The translations under genes and the position numbers were made by a program. The notes beneath the pieces are model-generated. The model was not told where the DNA came from and did not search any database. It was given only the letters and a program-made list of their open reading frames with translations. Of a stretch of DNA of 64,000 bases, positions 1 through 14,700 are shown piece by piece. Numbering within the stretch: position 1 is the stretch's first letter; each line of letters starts with the position of its first letter. Source of the stretch: Tubulanus polymorphus (Eukaryota > Animalia > Nemertea); contig NC_134027.1 of NCBI RefSeq assembly GCF_964204645.1, forward strand, positions 8,774,485-8,838,484, in the 5' to 3' direction.

Positions 1-297
1 CACTTAGTTCGACTATAGTCGACTAACTCAGATAACCGAAGTTGGCCCAGGTTGATTCAACGACCAACCTGGGCCAACTTCGGTTTTCGTAGCTAGTCGA
101 CTAGTGGTCGAACACACTATAGTTCGGTCGTAACGTATTTCACAGTGTCGGCCATCTTGAACCTAGGTCCGAACTGTAGCGACCGTGCTCAATTGCGTGG
201 TCGACCATTTCCGGACTATAGTTCCGACTAACGGACATTCGGTTTTATTTAGTTCGACTATAGTCGACTAACTCCGATAACCGAAGGTGGCCCTGTC
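1..297. mobile_element. Palindrome-rich MITE-like repeat, truncated by the window start
   Basis: Inverted repeat ACCGAAGTTGGCCCAGGTTG (~35-54) / CAACCTGGGCCAACTTCGGT (~65-84). The block TTAGTTCGACTATAGTCGACTAACT(C)..ATAACCGAAG at ~4-41 recurs at ~249-287. Confidence 0.55.
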
Positions 298-1487
298 GAT
301 GATACTCAAACTTTTTGTTGGCCACATATAGTTTTAGACTTGTTTTTATGCACGTTTTGTTGGTTGTTGAACAAGCACGAGATCGTTTGACAGCAAAATG
401 GGTTCTGTAGAAAAACGTCTGATTGGCCAAATCACTAGTAAGCACACACGGCGACCAGCCATAATTATACATATTTATAGAACATACAGTGTGTGGTGAT
501 CTTTTGTGTATTTCGCAAACTGTCGACGTCAAGATGGAAAATACCCCGGGGAGCCCATTTCTCAGTGTGGTACTTAAAGCATGGATCTCGTGGAAAGTAT
601 GAAAGTTTTGCTTTGTCAGGCCCATGCTGCGATTTTCAAGGATTTCTTCGTAAAAATATCCGCTACGGTATGAGTAAATGATAAAAGCTAAATGAAAATG
701 GTCGGAAATTGAAAGAATGGGATGGGGATGATTTGAATCACCCTCGCTTGTCAGTGTCTGATTGCCTTCCGCCGAAGCTCACACCAACCCAAATCCTTTA
801 CTTGCCCAATATTTGGGCGGACACCATACGTATTAAGCCAATCAGATGCGTTTTTCAATGGCAAATTTGCTACACACACCCGATTGGCTAGATATAGACT
901 GGTGGCAAGCGAGGATGGGTTGTATACGATTTCCAACCTCAAATCCTACCACATGTCGGGGATTCAAACTATACAGTACATGAAATCTTGTCATACCAGG
1001 CCTTCACTACGACCCTGGACACGATTATTGAATCTTGTACATGTATGATATGAATCCTGCACTTAATCAATTGAAAATGCAAACATCGAACTATACAGTT
1101 TGCGCATATAGTTGTATATTGTTGAACTATCGGCAAATTATTCATTCAATAATTCATTCGCGGCGTTGATATTGCTTGCGATATTTGAAGATTTATTGGC
1201 AATATGTTCGAAATGTCAAGATTATGAATTTTTTCAGCTTTTCATTCGATTTATTATCTGTCGACGCTGTCTATATCCGTCCTGATATCAAATGTCCCCG
1301 CGCTGCTATTAGGTTTTTGTCTCGGATATAAATCGTATGAATCGGAGTAATCGAAGCAAGTGGATGAAAATCATTGATCAGATGAACGGACATATAATGT
1401 ATGAAGGAACTGTTGGAAAGTTCTACATTCCGAGTCCGTTACGAAAAATGATTAGCTCGCTTTTACTTTCACTGGAATTGTAATACG

Positions 1488-1606
1488 AATCCAGATCTAC
1501 AGTTATAAGTTAATATCTAAGTAAGATAGGTCATTACTCATTGAAAACGAACTAATTTTGATTGAAGAGTTAACTCTAACTCACACTAACTTTGGAACTG
1601 GATCCA
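1488..1606. mobile_element. Degenerate copy of the ~110-bp GGNCCAGTTCCACAGTT MITE family
   Basis: Contains ACTCATTGAAAA..AACTAA..GAGTTAACTCTAACTCAC..GGAACTGGATCC, matching the copies at 14517-14735. Confidence 0.6.
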
Positions 1607-3415
1607 TGCTAAGGTTTTAGTACATTTCCATAGCACTAAGCGCATATCCGGTTGACTAAGATCCGATCAGATTGCTTCTTTGATCTTCAGTGTCGATTTA
1701 TAAGTTTTCTATGTCATACAAGTTATCTAAAAATTCACTCAATAAACAATATCAATTAAGAATTGGCAAACGCCTATCCTACACGCTAACACAACACATC
1801 TTATTCGTGACAGTAGATTTGATTTGACTCGTGACAAGAATTAATCTAATTTCATCCACGCTCTAATTGAAAAGAGAAAGAAAATGATGCCACACAAATG
1901 ATGTATTTCATCTAAACGTTATAAAAACAACTCAACTAATCATCACTTTTCAATCACGTGTCCTCTTTTTAGCAACGGCTTACCCCGTCAAAGTGGTTTG
2001 TCTCACGACTTGCAGGAACCGCTCGCGATTCATCGATCGTCATATCTAAAGTGTATTTGATGACACGATCTATGACAACTGTCTACGAATATACTATACA
2101 TAAGTGAGGAATGATGAAAAGATTAAGTAGCATACAGTACAATATATCTTAATTCTGCGAGTGATATCGTTACGTACAATGAGTCGAGTAGAACTAATGA
2201 CTCGATTTGTGCTTCGTGGGGATGGAAATATTCTCAACAAGAATAGACGAAGAAGACAGACACATTCCACATACAGAAATAATGATCGAATACATGAGCT
2301 GACGTGACTGAATCCTTGGGAGTGGGTGTAATGCAAATAATTGGAATTCTTATTTTACACATTTACATCGTCAGCTTTCAACAAGATACCAAATTGACTG
2401 CGAGATGATAACGTTTAGAGAGCTTAACTAATAACTAACTACAATCATACGAAAGAATGGAAAAAAGAGAATGGGAATATTTGACATTATCGCATAATTT
2501 TCATTGGGCAATATCTACCAATGTTGGTTAGGGTCGTATTTCGCGGGGGTATTTGGTATTTGGAAAAGTGCCCTCTGCAAATATTATTGTTACATCCTAT
2601 AACTGCCCTTTTCGGGTTTCTCTTCCCCCTACCCCCCCCCCCCATCCGATTCAAATGCTAGGTACGACCCTGGTGGCTGATATTACTGATGATATTAGAG
2701 ACTTACGGACAAAGTGCTTCTTGAATTTGCACACAGTCACAAAACAAGCCAGAAAAGCACTTCTGTTTTGTGATTTTGATTTCTTTTCGCGCCGATGCGT
2801 TATGCGTGGTAGCTTGGATCCGAGCATCCACATACCCAACGTCCATATCCATCGAATGTCAAAGAAAAAACTGTAATAATTGAGACACGTATTTGGATTG
2901 TCTTCTTCGCGGATCGTTCAATTATCAGCCAATTACCCATCCATCAAAGATGGAGGATGATCAAAACTGTTACCACACGCATTAAAAAGTTGACGTCACG
3001 AGGATTTACGCCTTCTAAGCACGTCGTCATCATTTCAATTACCACAACCCCTTTGAATTAGTCTTTGGCAATACGTTGTATCGGATGCACTTAACTCTCG
3101 ACCTCTGCGTAACGGGGATTGAAATTGTTGTTTTACTTTTCCTGTACCAACGATCACTTTACATGTCATGTATATGAGTAAATGGAAAAATTGGCGCGAT
3201 GCCTTTGCTGCTGTCAGGTGTCATACCTCACTGCCATACAACAATGCTCTTTATATGCCGTCATGTTCGGGGACTTTTCCTGTCATAAAGAAATAATCAT
3301 TCTTTTTCGATGATGAGAATTTATATGAAATATTCTTTCGAAACATGCGATTTGGCTTAATGCCGAATTTTGCGCACCACCCCTGTCCGAGTCAAGACCA
3401 GTAACCTATATAATC

Positions 3416-3657
3416 CAGGGAATAAAAGCCACTTGCCCGGGGGTAAGCATATCTGAAATTTCACTTACCCCCTCAGAAAACAACGTGTCCTACACAAGCA
3501 GTCCGATTGGTGGCACAATCACCAATTGTATCGAGCGGAAAGTAAAATTGCAGTTGCCCGATGGACAAGTGATAATGATAGTGATAACCTACTTGCCCTA
3601 ATGAAATAATGATACTTGTCCCGGGCAATCGGACAAGTGCGAAGATTAGACCCTGTA
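3416..3657. mobile_element. hAT-like MITE (CAGGG...CCCTG termini)
   Basis: Starts CAGGGAATAAAAGCCACTTGCCCG and ends CGGACAAGTGCGAAGATTAGACCCTG, with internal repeated (A)CTTGCCC / GGACAAGTG motifs. Confidence 0.5.
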
Positions 3658-5889
3658 ATTGGATCAAAATGGCATGTGTCGGGGACTGGCCTCAGCTCAT
3701 TTTTTACCCGAGCTAGAACTTGCCGCTACTAGTTTTAAGACTTCTTACGCCGAGGTTGGAGTCCGATTACACAAAGCCCCGTAATAACTCAATCAAATCA
3801 TACCACAGCTCTGTCAATTACAATAACCTCTGGAGGCGCGTTATCTTTTCCACTTTCGCGCATGTTCGCCGCAAATTGACTCCGAATCGAGATGAATTCG
3901 ACTCGAATTTGCATCGATCTTCCACGACGGAATTGAAGCAATCAAATTTCAATGGCCAAACATCGGCGCGCTAATCAACGCACAAACATCTTCCTAACAG
4001 ATTGTAAACACATCTACCATTGTCGAGAAGTTGAAGTTTTTTTACTATTTCAAAGTTTGATTTGTAGTTTGGCTGCGGAAAACGTCATTTGGTAATTCAA
4101 TTTCACCCAAAAGCATAAAAGTTTCCTGTGTAATAGTTGATTCAAAAGAGGCGAGTAAAAATTCAATAATACAATCGATTAAATTTCACTATTCAATATC
4201 CTAAGCCCTATGCTTGTTTGTTATCACTTACCAATTAGTGATACACACATGGCAGATTCTCAAGCAAAATCAGATAAAAATCAAGTAATTATAGATTTCC
4301 AAGACTCAGCCTATCGGTATGGAATAAGCAGTTGAAGAGTTGTTGTGTAAAGTGGTTAATTTAAAAAACTTCCATATAAAAATACCTCTTTCTTTATATT
4401 CTTTGTGTCTTCATCAGTCGAAAACTCTTCTCCGAAACTCTTCTCGTGTCAATTCCTGCTCGTATATGTTGGAACAAGATTTGACTTTTACTAACTGAAT
4501 TAGTAGAAATTGTAAACAGTCCTGACTTACACTTGTGTCAGCACCTGCGCAACCGTAGCTTTACCTCTGCATCCGGCCCTTCCTAACCTAGGCAATATTA
4601 TATGAATAACGTGTACCTTGTAAGCCTCGATGCAGACTAAAATGATTATTCAGCTTGTAACACCTGCAAGCATTTTCATGGACAAGAGCCGATTATTTTT
4701 CCAGCTGCTTTGAGGTTTGAATTTATTAATAAGTTTTGGAACCTGATGTCTGGCTTTATACGAAGAAAGCACACGCAATATTCTGATTCTTGAACAGCGA
4801 CTACAATTGTTTAAGTTGCAAAATTTACACTGTTTACCGTGAAGAGTTCTAAACCCTTGCGGTAATCTGATGTTAAATACTCGACGACCTATTCGACTAT
4901 GCGTCAACTAACGGAGAAGTCGAAACGTGTCGTCTGGTGGGTTATAAAAAGGTTCACAGACTCATCAGGTCCGATGACAGTATACAACGGCGACAGACAG
5001 ACCGACAGCTGAGTGATGAGTCTCATCAATCACAAGGACATCTAATAAGTACACATGCAGATGGACATCGCCATAGCAGGAATGTGTTTATCACCACAGC
5101 AAAGATATATCAAACATGAATCATCAAATATATCGACATATAATAATCAAATTAGCAAGGGGTTGACCATTAGAATAAACTGCCCGGGTCATATTTCATA
5201 TTCCGATGGATGAAAAATAAATCGTACGACCAAACTCGGAATTTCATTAGAATTATCGATACATATAAGTCTTCAAGGATTCGAAGTGGCACGTACGCAG
5301 GAATTTAGATATTCTATTTGTGCGACAAACATCAAAACAAAAAACTGCTGTGTCGTAAATGAATCAACAGAATCGCGCAGCGGGCTACAATGTATAATTC
5401 AAAACGTTTCTGGCGTAAGATCGACGGATCATCATTTTTTCAAAGAGGTCACGGATACGCAGAATCGTGGACGCATTTCACGTCCGAAATATCTTCGAAA
5501 TTAGTCTTGTTCATTACGGTCGGAAATCATGATTGGAATATAGCGAAATCAACAGTACTGAATACTGAATAGCACAGCATATTTAAAAAAAACAGAAATC
5601 GAATCCGATTGAAAGAAAATGAAACTGATATACCCGATGGAATTTGAGTGTATGTAATTCGTTTATGTGTGGGCGACCGGACGGGAATATGCCTTGTGGC
5701 AAAATTCTCAAGCGGATGAACCGACATTTTTAGACTGACATTCAGCTGCAAGAGAACACAGGTCCCACACGTCACAAATCAAAACAAATCCTGACATAAA
5801 AAATCATAAAAAATAAAAATAAATTCTCGCAAGCTCGAATTTATTTTTATTTTTACTCACTCAACCTTTCAACCTTCGATCTGAAACAA

Positions 5890-6074
<185 letters not shown>

Positions 6075-7702
6075 TTACAATTACTCTTATATTCATATAT
6101 GAACATTATATAAATGAAATCAATTTAAATAAAAAAATTATAAGTTTTGGTATGTTTGTCAGTAGCATATATCTGAACATTGCCTCATGCCGCGACAGGT
6201 ACTTCGCTGGTTGGTATAAATCGATATTTACTTTAACACCCGCGTACTCGATAAATGGAAGCCACTTCAAGTTATCCACGACAACAACCATTTAAAACCG
6301 GCACCTAATGATTCAATTTCCTACGAGATTACATCTTAAAATTCAAGTGAAGATTGTCTCTAAATTTAGTAGACCCGCCAGAGGAAAATTAATGCCCGAC
6401 ACGTTCGCGGCATTGTTTTCAGCACGCTGCTATTATTACTTTTACTCGGTAATTGCCGGAAGTTCGAAATACACGAAACACGACGATACGTTCGCTCGCG
6501 TGCATACGAGATATGTGAATCGCAAATGGACCCATTAAAAACATCTCATCAATTTACTATGAAAACTTTGTATTTGTCGGATGAGTGATGAAAATCCTGC
6601 GCCCCGCAAAACCGCTATTTTCAATTAACTTGTTTGGTTAGGTGGTAATATTTCATTTTGAGTTCTACACTTACACAAAGCCGTAAGCATACACTTGTAG
6701 CACTCACTTTAAAGAAATTCAAAGCAGGACTTTTATCAACTATTTGATGTCGGCTTCATATTTTTCGACGACAGCCATCAAAGTAAATGGGGGAACTGCA
6801 ACACACGACTACCCCGCCCATCTGATAGATGGATTGACTAACATAATTCAGTTTCATACAACAGAAGAAAATGACATCTACTAACCATGGACACATGGTT
6901 ATATACAATATGTCAGTTTGTCCCATTAAACCAGTTAAATTGGAATAGACTAGTTTTGTGACCTCAGCCCATTATTTTAATCTAGTGATAGGTCAATCTC
7001 AAGGAAAGGGGGCAGGGACAGAGCAACATTTTTCTAAACATTGAGGACATCCCAAAGTAATGAAGATAAGTGCTTCAAAACATAAAACTAATCTTTGGTG
7101 CGGGTGTGATTAAAACCATCAATAAAAAATCATGTTTGCAAATGACTTATAGAAATGACAGTACAATGTATCAATGCCACAGTACCAATTAGCAATTTAC
7201 AGTATAACTTTTATGCGTGGTCCCAGTTTTTATTTTGTGTATTTTCTTCATTATTGAAAGTATCAACCATTTGGTAAATGAAACCCGCGACACATTTTCT
7301 AGGGTTTTTTGGTGTTTGATGTTCAATATAAACCAAAATTGTATAGTCCGTATTGCCGATTGATTATTATAGCTTATTTTTGTTTTGTTTTTTTTAGCCT
7401 CGGCAACAACAGAAGCCAAATAAACCCACCAATGATGAGATGCACGAAGGACATCGCTTTAAATTAACATCATATCGCTTAGAATCTGCGGTTCTGTGAC
7501 ATCCGAATTAGGAGTCGCCGAAAACGAATTCGGGAAAGTTTATATGTTTGTGCCGTTATGCATGCTGTGCCGCAAGGCAAAATGGAACGTCAACGCTCTC
7601 GCTAGACATGTGCGGCGACATTGCGCTGCGATGCGCGAATAAATTGTTCGATCAAAAAAAATAGTTCGGCTGCATAAGCAGCCTGATCATAGAAAAACAA
7701 AC

Positions 7703-8878
7703 ATGGCATCGGCTACTGTGGCAAACGACACAGTTCTTTATGACTACAAAGCAAGCTACGACGGCGCTTATGATGATTATTACTTGTATAAAAACATTAC
7801 CACCGGACATATTACACAACCAACGCACAACATTGGCAGAGGTTACGACATCGTGTACAGAACCGTGCTTCCGGTTGTACTTATTATCGGCATCATCGGA
7901 ATTATCATGACCGTCGTTGTGCTGAGCAGAAAAACCATGTGGACATCGACGAACTGCTATCTCACAGCGTTGGCCGTCGCCGACTTGTTGTTTTTGATCA
8001 TTTTGTCGACGCGCTTGCTCGATTTCATCGACAAAGATCATCACGTGCACATGTTCGTCATCTATTTCCACTACGCGAAGATCGTGATGAACGCGAATTT
8101 GTTGGCATCCGTCTGGCTGACGGTCGTGCTAGCCATCGAACGGTACACGGCAATCTGCAAACCGTTACACGCGACGATAATCTGCACGGTGAAACGCGCC
8201 CGCATTGTCATCGTTGCCATATTCGTCATCGCGTTCGTTTGCCGATCGCCGAACTTCTTCGAAGCCTACGTCGTCGAAGAATCGAGTTTGCAGATTCCAA
8301 ACGAAACCCAATGGCAGTTGGCGTACACGGAACTTTTTGATAACGACACGTATCATTCCGTTTACACGTGGCTCGTCGACGGAATTCTAACGGCCATCTT
8401 GCCGTTTCTAAGCCTGACCGTGTTGAACATCTTGCTCATTTATGAGCTGCGCATTTCGACTCGATTCATGCGTCAGAATCTCGTCCCGATGCACGAAATG
8501 GCGAACTATGTCAGTCGCGAAGAAAGGAAAATAACGATGATGCTCATCAGCATTATAGTCGTGTTCTTCATTTTACAGGCTCCGTACGTTGCGTACAACG
8601 CCACACTGGCGATCCCCGTGCTTAATCGGCGTATCATGAAGATTCCGGGATTTCAGATTTTTCGGTACATCGCGATCGCGTTGATCGCGATAAAGACGGC
8701 GGTGAATTTCGCGTTGTACTGCTGGTTTAGCGAGCGCTTTTGGACAACGTTCAAGAAAGTGTTCTGCATCGAACGGTGCATGACGAAATACCACATGGGC
8801 ACGCGAAAACAGGAGTCAAACGGTACGACTGGCGGACAAAAATACTCCTTCTTTGCGAGCAGGGAGACATCTTTGTAA
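7703..8878 (+). CDS. Class A (rhodopsin-like) neuropeptide GPCR, FMRFamide/sex-peptide/myosuppressin-receptor-like, single coding exon, 391 aa
   Basis: Seven hydrophobic segments and N-glycosylation sites in the N-terminus. TM2 TNCYLTALAVADL, TM3 WLTVVLAIERYTAICKP, CTVKRARIVI, TM6 ITMMLISIIVVFFILQAP, TM7 AVNFALYCWFSERF. Confidence 0.93.
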   Translation: MASATVANDTVLYDYKASYDGAYDDYYLYKNITTGHITQPTHNIGRGYDIVYRTVLPVVLIIGIIGIIMTVVVLSRKTMWTSTNCYLTALAVADLLFLIILSTRLLDFIDKDHHVHMFVIYFHYAKIVMNANLLASVWLTVVLAIERYTAICKPLHATIICTVKRARIVIVAIFVIAFVCRSPNFFEAYVVEESSLQIPNETQWQLAYTELFDNDTYHSVYTWLVDGILTAILPFLSLTVLNILLIYELRISTRFMRQNLVPMHEMANYVSREERKITMMLISIIVVFFILQAPYVAYNATLAIPVLNRRIMKIPGFQIFRYIAIALIAIKTAVNFALYCWFSERFWTTFKKVFCIERCMTKYHMGTRKQESNGTTGGQKYSFFASRETSL

Positions 8879-11736
8879 AAAATATCAGGAGTGACGAGTG
8901 TGGAGCGAGGAGTGGACATAAATACTCCCTACATAATGAGCAGAGAAAGAAACATCTTTGCAGAATTGCGAATAATCGCCACTATTTAAACACCCTTTCT
9001 CGTGCTGATTTTGTTTTCTTTTAGCAACGTGCAAAATGTAAATGGAAATCAGCTTAATTATTGAATAGCGAAAACTGCTGGAACCAATATCGTTCGGTAG
9101 AAATTGGCGTCTGCATTTTGTGAAAAAGGCTTATTAAAATCAGTTCTGTGAGTGCATAGAGTGGGCGCACTGCTGTAAAAACTCTGCCTCCAGAAATTAG
9201 GGCCGTGGGGTGACAGTTGGTGCAATGCTAACATAATTCTGTGAGAATTTGTTGCTTATTGGTGAACTCGTCGAGAAAAAGTTTGCCCACGAAACAGACA
9301 TGTAAAGATTCAAAGGAATCGTGTATCGAGAAATTGTCATTAGTCATCATTACGAAGAAATGCACACACGGAAAATGCCATCAAAGTGGTGGTTGATATC
9401 CATTGTTCCATTTCATCTTGATCATTTTTATCTTCGATTGCGTATCACGGGAAGCTTTGGGACACTAAACACTTTACAAAATAATGGATTCGTTATGATT
9501 TGTTAATGACGCGTATAACGCAAGGTCGTAAAATATTCGGCCGAATAACGACTGGAAAGCAATTCGTATTCTGCCAAATCATCGCTCTATTTTTGTATGT
9601 GTTCATATATCAAACTCAATGGATACTTCTCAAGAGGTGAAAAGAACAAATAACCTACTCGCTGATTGGTCTTTCTAGTCGAGTCAGTGGTCCGTATTAA
9701 GATTTGCTTAAGATTCACTTAAGCCACTTAAGATTATTAAGACCAGATTATCCGATCGATCTTAACAAACTTTTGCCGACCTTAGTCGATTCAACAATCG
9801 CTCCCTTTGTCTGAATTCAACGAAGTCCTTTTCATCATTCAAATGCATTCTTGAAGACGACATTGTTGTCATCGCTTTGCTGTCGTACTGATAAACAATC
9901 ACCATGAGGGCACTAAACCGTGCTTTAGCTCTGTTGGTGAATAGGTTCTTCATCAACCCATAAGTATACCGCTGATAGGTTTTCCATTTGTCAAGAACAA
10001 CCATACATAGCCTCTTAAGGGTTTAATGATAATACTGCAGTCAAAGACCAGCTTGTCTGAAACACATGCACGAAACCATTCTAAAAGATATCTCACAAGT
10101 AGCAGTACTACAGCGGTTCCAATTAAAAAAAGACTCATATGCTATCCATATACTTAATAGGTTCTGTTTAAGGTGGGAGAAGGCCAGTAAAGGTCCTAAA
10201 AATATAAGATTATCCGTGATTTTATGTGCCGTTGTATCAAGATATTGTTGTGTTATGTTTTAATAGGGGAACGGGAATTCATCGAGGCTAGTCTTAATGA
10301 ATGGTTTGCTCTAATTTCCATCGACTAAAGATTAATTTGTTGATCGTTGATAAAATGAAACTATAAATTGTAATAAACGTTTATTGTTTGTGCTCAAAAC
10401 GCACCGCCTTTATCTAATCGCTAAACGTATGTCCTTGGTCATGATGATTCTATAGAAATGTGTCATTCGCAACTGATGTTCATTCCACCTTACCGAGAGA
10501 CGTTGTGCATCCAACCGCGCACACTTAACCAGTTTTACCAGTAGTTTGGTGAGTCACTACTGTTGGAATGGCATGGTCAAACAGCAACATCTTAAAATCT
10601 AGAAGGGATACAATAAAAAGAACACCACGCCGATGTTATCACGTACGACAGAGTCCGAAGATGAAAATCAAACGACTCGCCTGAAGGTGCGCGCGTCGGA
10701 GAGAGAATCTCGAACAGATCTAAGCAGAATTTTTCTTATCAACTTTAAATCGTAGGCCACTTTCCAAGCGATCGAAAATTCTCCGCCAACAGAATCGCAT
10801 AGTTCCTCACCTTAACCGTAACGCTGGGGGATTGGGTCCGGTACTTTCGGTCGATACGCCACGAAACCGAGAAAAATAAATCAATCTATACCAGACACAG
10901 GTTTTTTCCAGACGAGACTGGATGATCCGGAGAAGTAAGCTAATGCCCACAAACCTAATTAAGTCACCGTGCACACCTGCCTTCCTGTGAAACTATCATC
11001 AGTACAGATGGTGACAATATAATCACTGAACCGCGCGACATTGCCAGATAGACGTAATACACGGTACGACAAGCAATAATTCATAGCGGAAAATCAATGC
11101 TCATTTTCATTTGCTATACGTAATTTCCAAAGGTCAAAAGTCGCATCGCCTTTAAGACTTAAAGCAGGCGCGCTTATACAAGAATCGTCGAAAAGCACAG
11201 AAATGAAAAAACATATCGGAAATTAATCTCTCTATCAAGATTCATTTCCTCGTATATAGATGCGCTGGCGATCGAAACGGAAAAACGACGAAGAAAAAAA
11301 ACCAACTGAAATGGAAATATTATGTCTGCTTATAGTGAAACTTGCTCGCTGTTCATTCATTCAACATTAATTAACCGCTGAGAACTACGACGTTCGATTG
11401 TGATTTGATTCGAAGGTGATGCAATTTCCGTAATTTGACTCGGGGCGAAACGCTATTCACTCGTGGAATAAATAAAAATAAATCCTGTTTTTAATGTGTT
11501 CACATTGAAATGAACACCTCGGTCCAATACGTTATTAGACCAAATTCCGTGGTCATGAGCTATTATGAGATTGTTTACGGGGTTATGTCAAAGGAATTAG
11601 TTCCGACGAGATATTATGTAGATAAATGCATTCTATAAAATTTCTAAAATTATTGCTTAGTGATTTTTACGTCATGATAAAACGATGGCCTCTGTCCTGA
11701 TATCGAAGAAAAATTTCTACGACGCTGGTAACTTAC

Positions 11737-14700
11737 TTTTGGCGCAGTTCCGCCCATATTTTTTCGGATCAGTGCACTTTTGGCAAGCTGTGCCAGTGAA
11801 ACCGTCGTCACATTGGCAAGTACCGTTTTTATGATAACCATCATTGCACTGAAAAAATAATATGTATAAAACCATAAACCCTGATAACAAACTTATAGCA
11901 GGATACGGATGTTGGACTTATCACGATGCGCTGACGTAGGCTCAAGCAAACTGTCAGACGTCCCATGTGGGTTTCTGATGGGTAAGATGATTGATGATTT
12001 TACCATCCCCAAACCCAATGATCGTTAAAAGTTTTCTTAGGTGATATTGAATCAGGGATTCGACAATAAGAGGTTATTACCTTGCCTTTACCATTACACG
12101 GATTCAGAAACCCTCCAGGGCACGGTTTACATTCATGTGAATAGAAATTTTGACAACATCGTTTGTGCTGTAAAAGTATAACGTTTTCAAAATCAGAAAA
12201 AATAATAATATGTTAATACATGACACCAAAAAATACAAAGAAGTATTTTCATTTTCGAAGATGTATTAATATCAATAATGTTATCATCAATAACTCCGTA
12301 CATTTACCACCTATAGGAAAGTAGAAGCAGATTGATTGGGTGGCAATCACGAAAAGCGAGACGTACGTAACATAACTTGGGACACAATATTGTGTGTTTC
12401 TTTAATGGTTCTCGGTTCGGCAAAGCGACGTTTTCGCCGACACTGTGATCTAGAAACATCTAATCTTAACAGATGGAATGATATGTACACGGAAGCATCG
12501 AGTCGCTACATGAGTTTGACAACGTCATTAGCCATGGAACACCAGTTAAAGAATAAGACATCAAACAATGACACGTCGCGCAAATCATCAACTGGATTTT
12601 TTTCAGAAGTGATGAACCACCTAGTTCAAGCAGATTAAGCATCCACGACTATCTAAAGTTATCTCAAAGATCAAAACAGGCAATAAATTACCGATGCCGA
12701 ACAAGCCTCAGCCACCGGAAATTGGATTGATAGTTCGAATAATAGGTTTTTTCTGATCAGCTAAGTACTGTACAAAAACGTTTTCGTTTCGAACGCAATA
12801 AAGGAAATAATTTCCATCCACGATATGTGTCTCAGCCTTCGACTATTTCCATATCCAAAACAATACGCTGAATATCAGGTATCAAGTAAAGTTGATTGAA
12901 TTGAAATAACGGGATTTTCTACCTCTTCGAATTGATCATAGCGCACCAGCGGCAGATCCAGGGGAACTGGTGAATGAAGTCCACCGAATGTTTTTGAGTA
13001 TTCTTTTCTACTTTTTCAACAAAGATAATTGGTGCGTTTCTGTACGGTAGTTAGTGCCCCTAACACTGCTTTTTGGGACGTGACTCTTCAAAATTGGCCT
13101 CTGGATCCGCTCCAGAGCACTATACTTAAACAACTTACTACGTAGGTTCGATTGCACATCCTTGCACATCCAATATATGCAGAGTAACGAACTCCTAGGT
13201 TTAGCCAGTATCGACAGCCCGATACAGTGTGTTCCTTCAAAACGTAAACATTTGCTTGTTAGTATGCTGCTAACAAACCCTTATCATCAAGGTAGATTAT
13301 TTCAAATGACATTCTTCAATAGTATCCACGGATTTGGTGAAATGTTATGTCAAAATGAGTATGCGTATGCGTATTTACGAAACTAACGATTTCTGAGAAC
13401 TTACTAGAGGAACATCATCCACAGCCGGACAACTGGGTTCACGATGACACGGACCGCAACTTCCCTGATCAAGTATAAAAATACATCTAATAACATATAG
13501 GCCCGAAATTCTAAATCTAAGAAGTTTTGTGAAACTGACTCATATGTGTCTGACTGATACGGGGATTCGCCAGCTACTAACATTTTACAGAAGATGTTGC
13601 ACAGATGTCTCTAATTGCCTAGACCCGATGTCTGTATCATTTTTTAAGTCATGGACGAAATTCGAAATATTACACCCGTTACTATTGGCACTATATTGAG
13701 TTGAGGCGTTTAAAGATCGAGAAAATGTCGTCTGATTACCCGAACTTGTTTCGTAGTAGAAATATCACATCTATGCGGTAACAAATCCATACCAGGTGGA
13801 ATAAGAATGCCGTCAATGTGATGGTAATAACCATTCCGTGCTGGAACATCCGTCTGAGTAACGTTTACCTTGCCATTCAATTGTATTTGACCCTTGAATA
13901 TCGAAATCGATTTGAAATGTTCAATTCCGGCTGCATTCTTTGGCGAATTATTAGTCAAAACCATCGATGTTAGGTAAATTGGGTGAAAAGGGTTGGAACA
14001 TCGTACCTTATCTGTTATAGATACTTGAATAGAGGTATGACCTATCGTCGTGAATCGAACCGTGTTGACAAGATCTTGTGACATCAGTCCACTTCCTTTG
14101 ACGATGTGGTAATTCAAAATCTGAATCAGCTTGAAGCGAGCCTATCTCGAAATAAGAAGAAGCATTCAGAGTTCATTACAACTAAAATGACTTGAGAGTA
14201 CGTATTTACTGAACTCACATCTTCAGATAGTAGATAATCTACGGTTGATTCTGGCAGTCTTTTCCACGCGTCGTTACCTGGTGCAAATACGACAAACGGG
14301 CCGGGCTGTTTTAGAATATTGTTCATAGCAGATTTCTGTAATAGATAGAAGGTGCGAAACAATCTGAACAGTAGTCTCAATTTGCTGATGGATGACGATA
14401 TAAAAGAAACGATATTTCTGACCTGTATGAGCGTTTCCAATATATTGTAATGACCATCCGTTCTGATCTGGTCAAAAATAGATTTCTGAAAGAGAAAATT
14501 ATGGATTTGCGTACAGGGTCCAGTTCCACAGTTCTGGGTTAAGATTTGACCTTAGAGTTAACTCATTGAAAATGAACTAACTTTAACTCAGAGTTAAGTC
14601 TAACTCACAACTGTGGAACTGGGCCCAGGGCTCGGTTCCACAGTTGTGAGTTAGAGTTAACTCTGAGCTAACATCAGTTCATTTTCAAAGTTTTAACTCT

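Noticed and set aside
7652-8919. Overlapping and antisense ORFs across the first GPCR
   Set aside because: Shadow ORFs produced by the GC-rich codon usage of the real gene; no recognisable domains.
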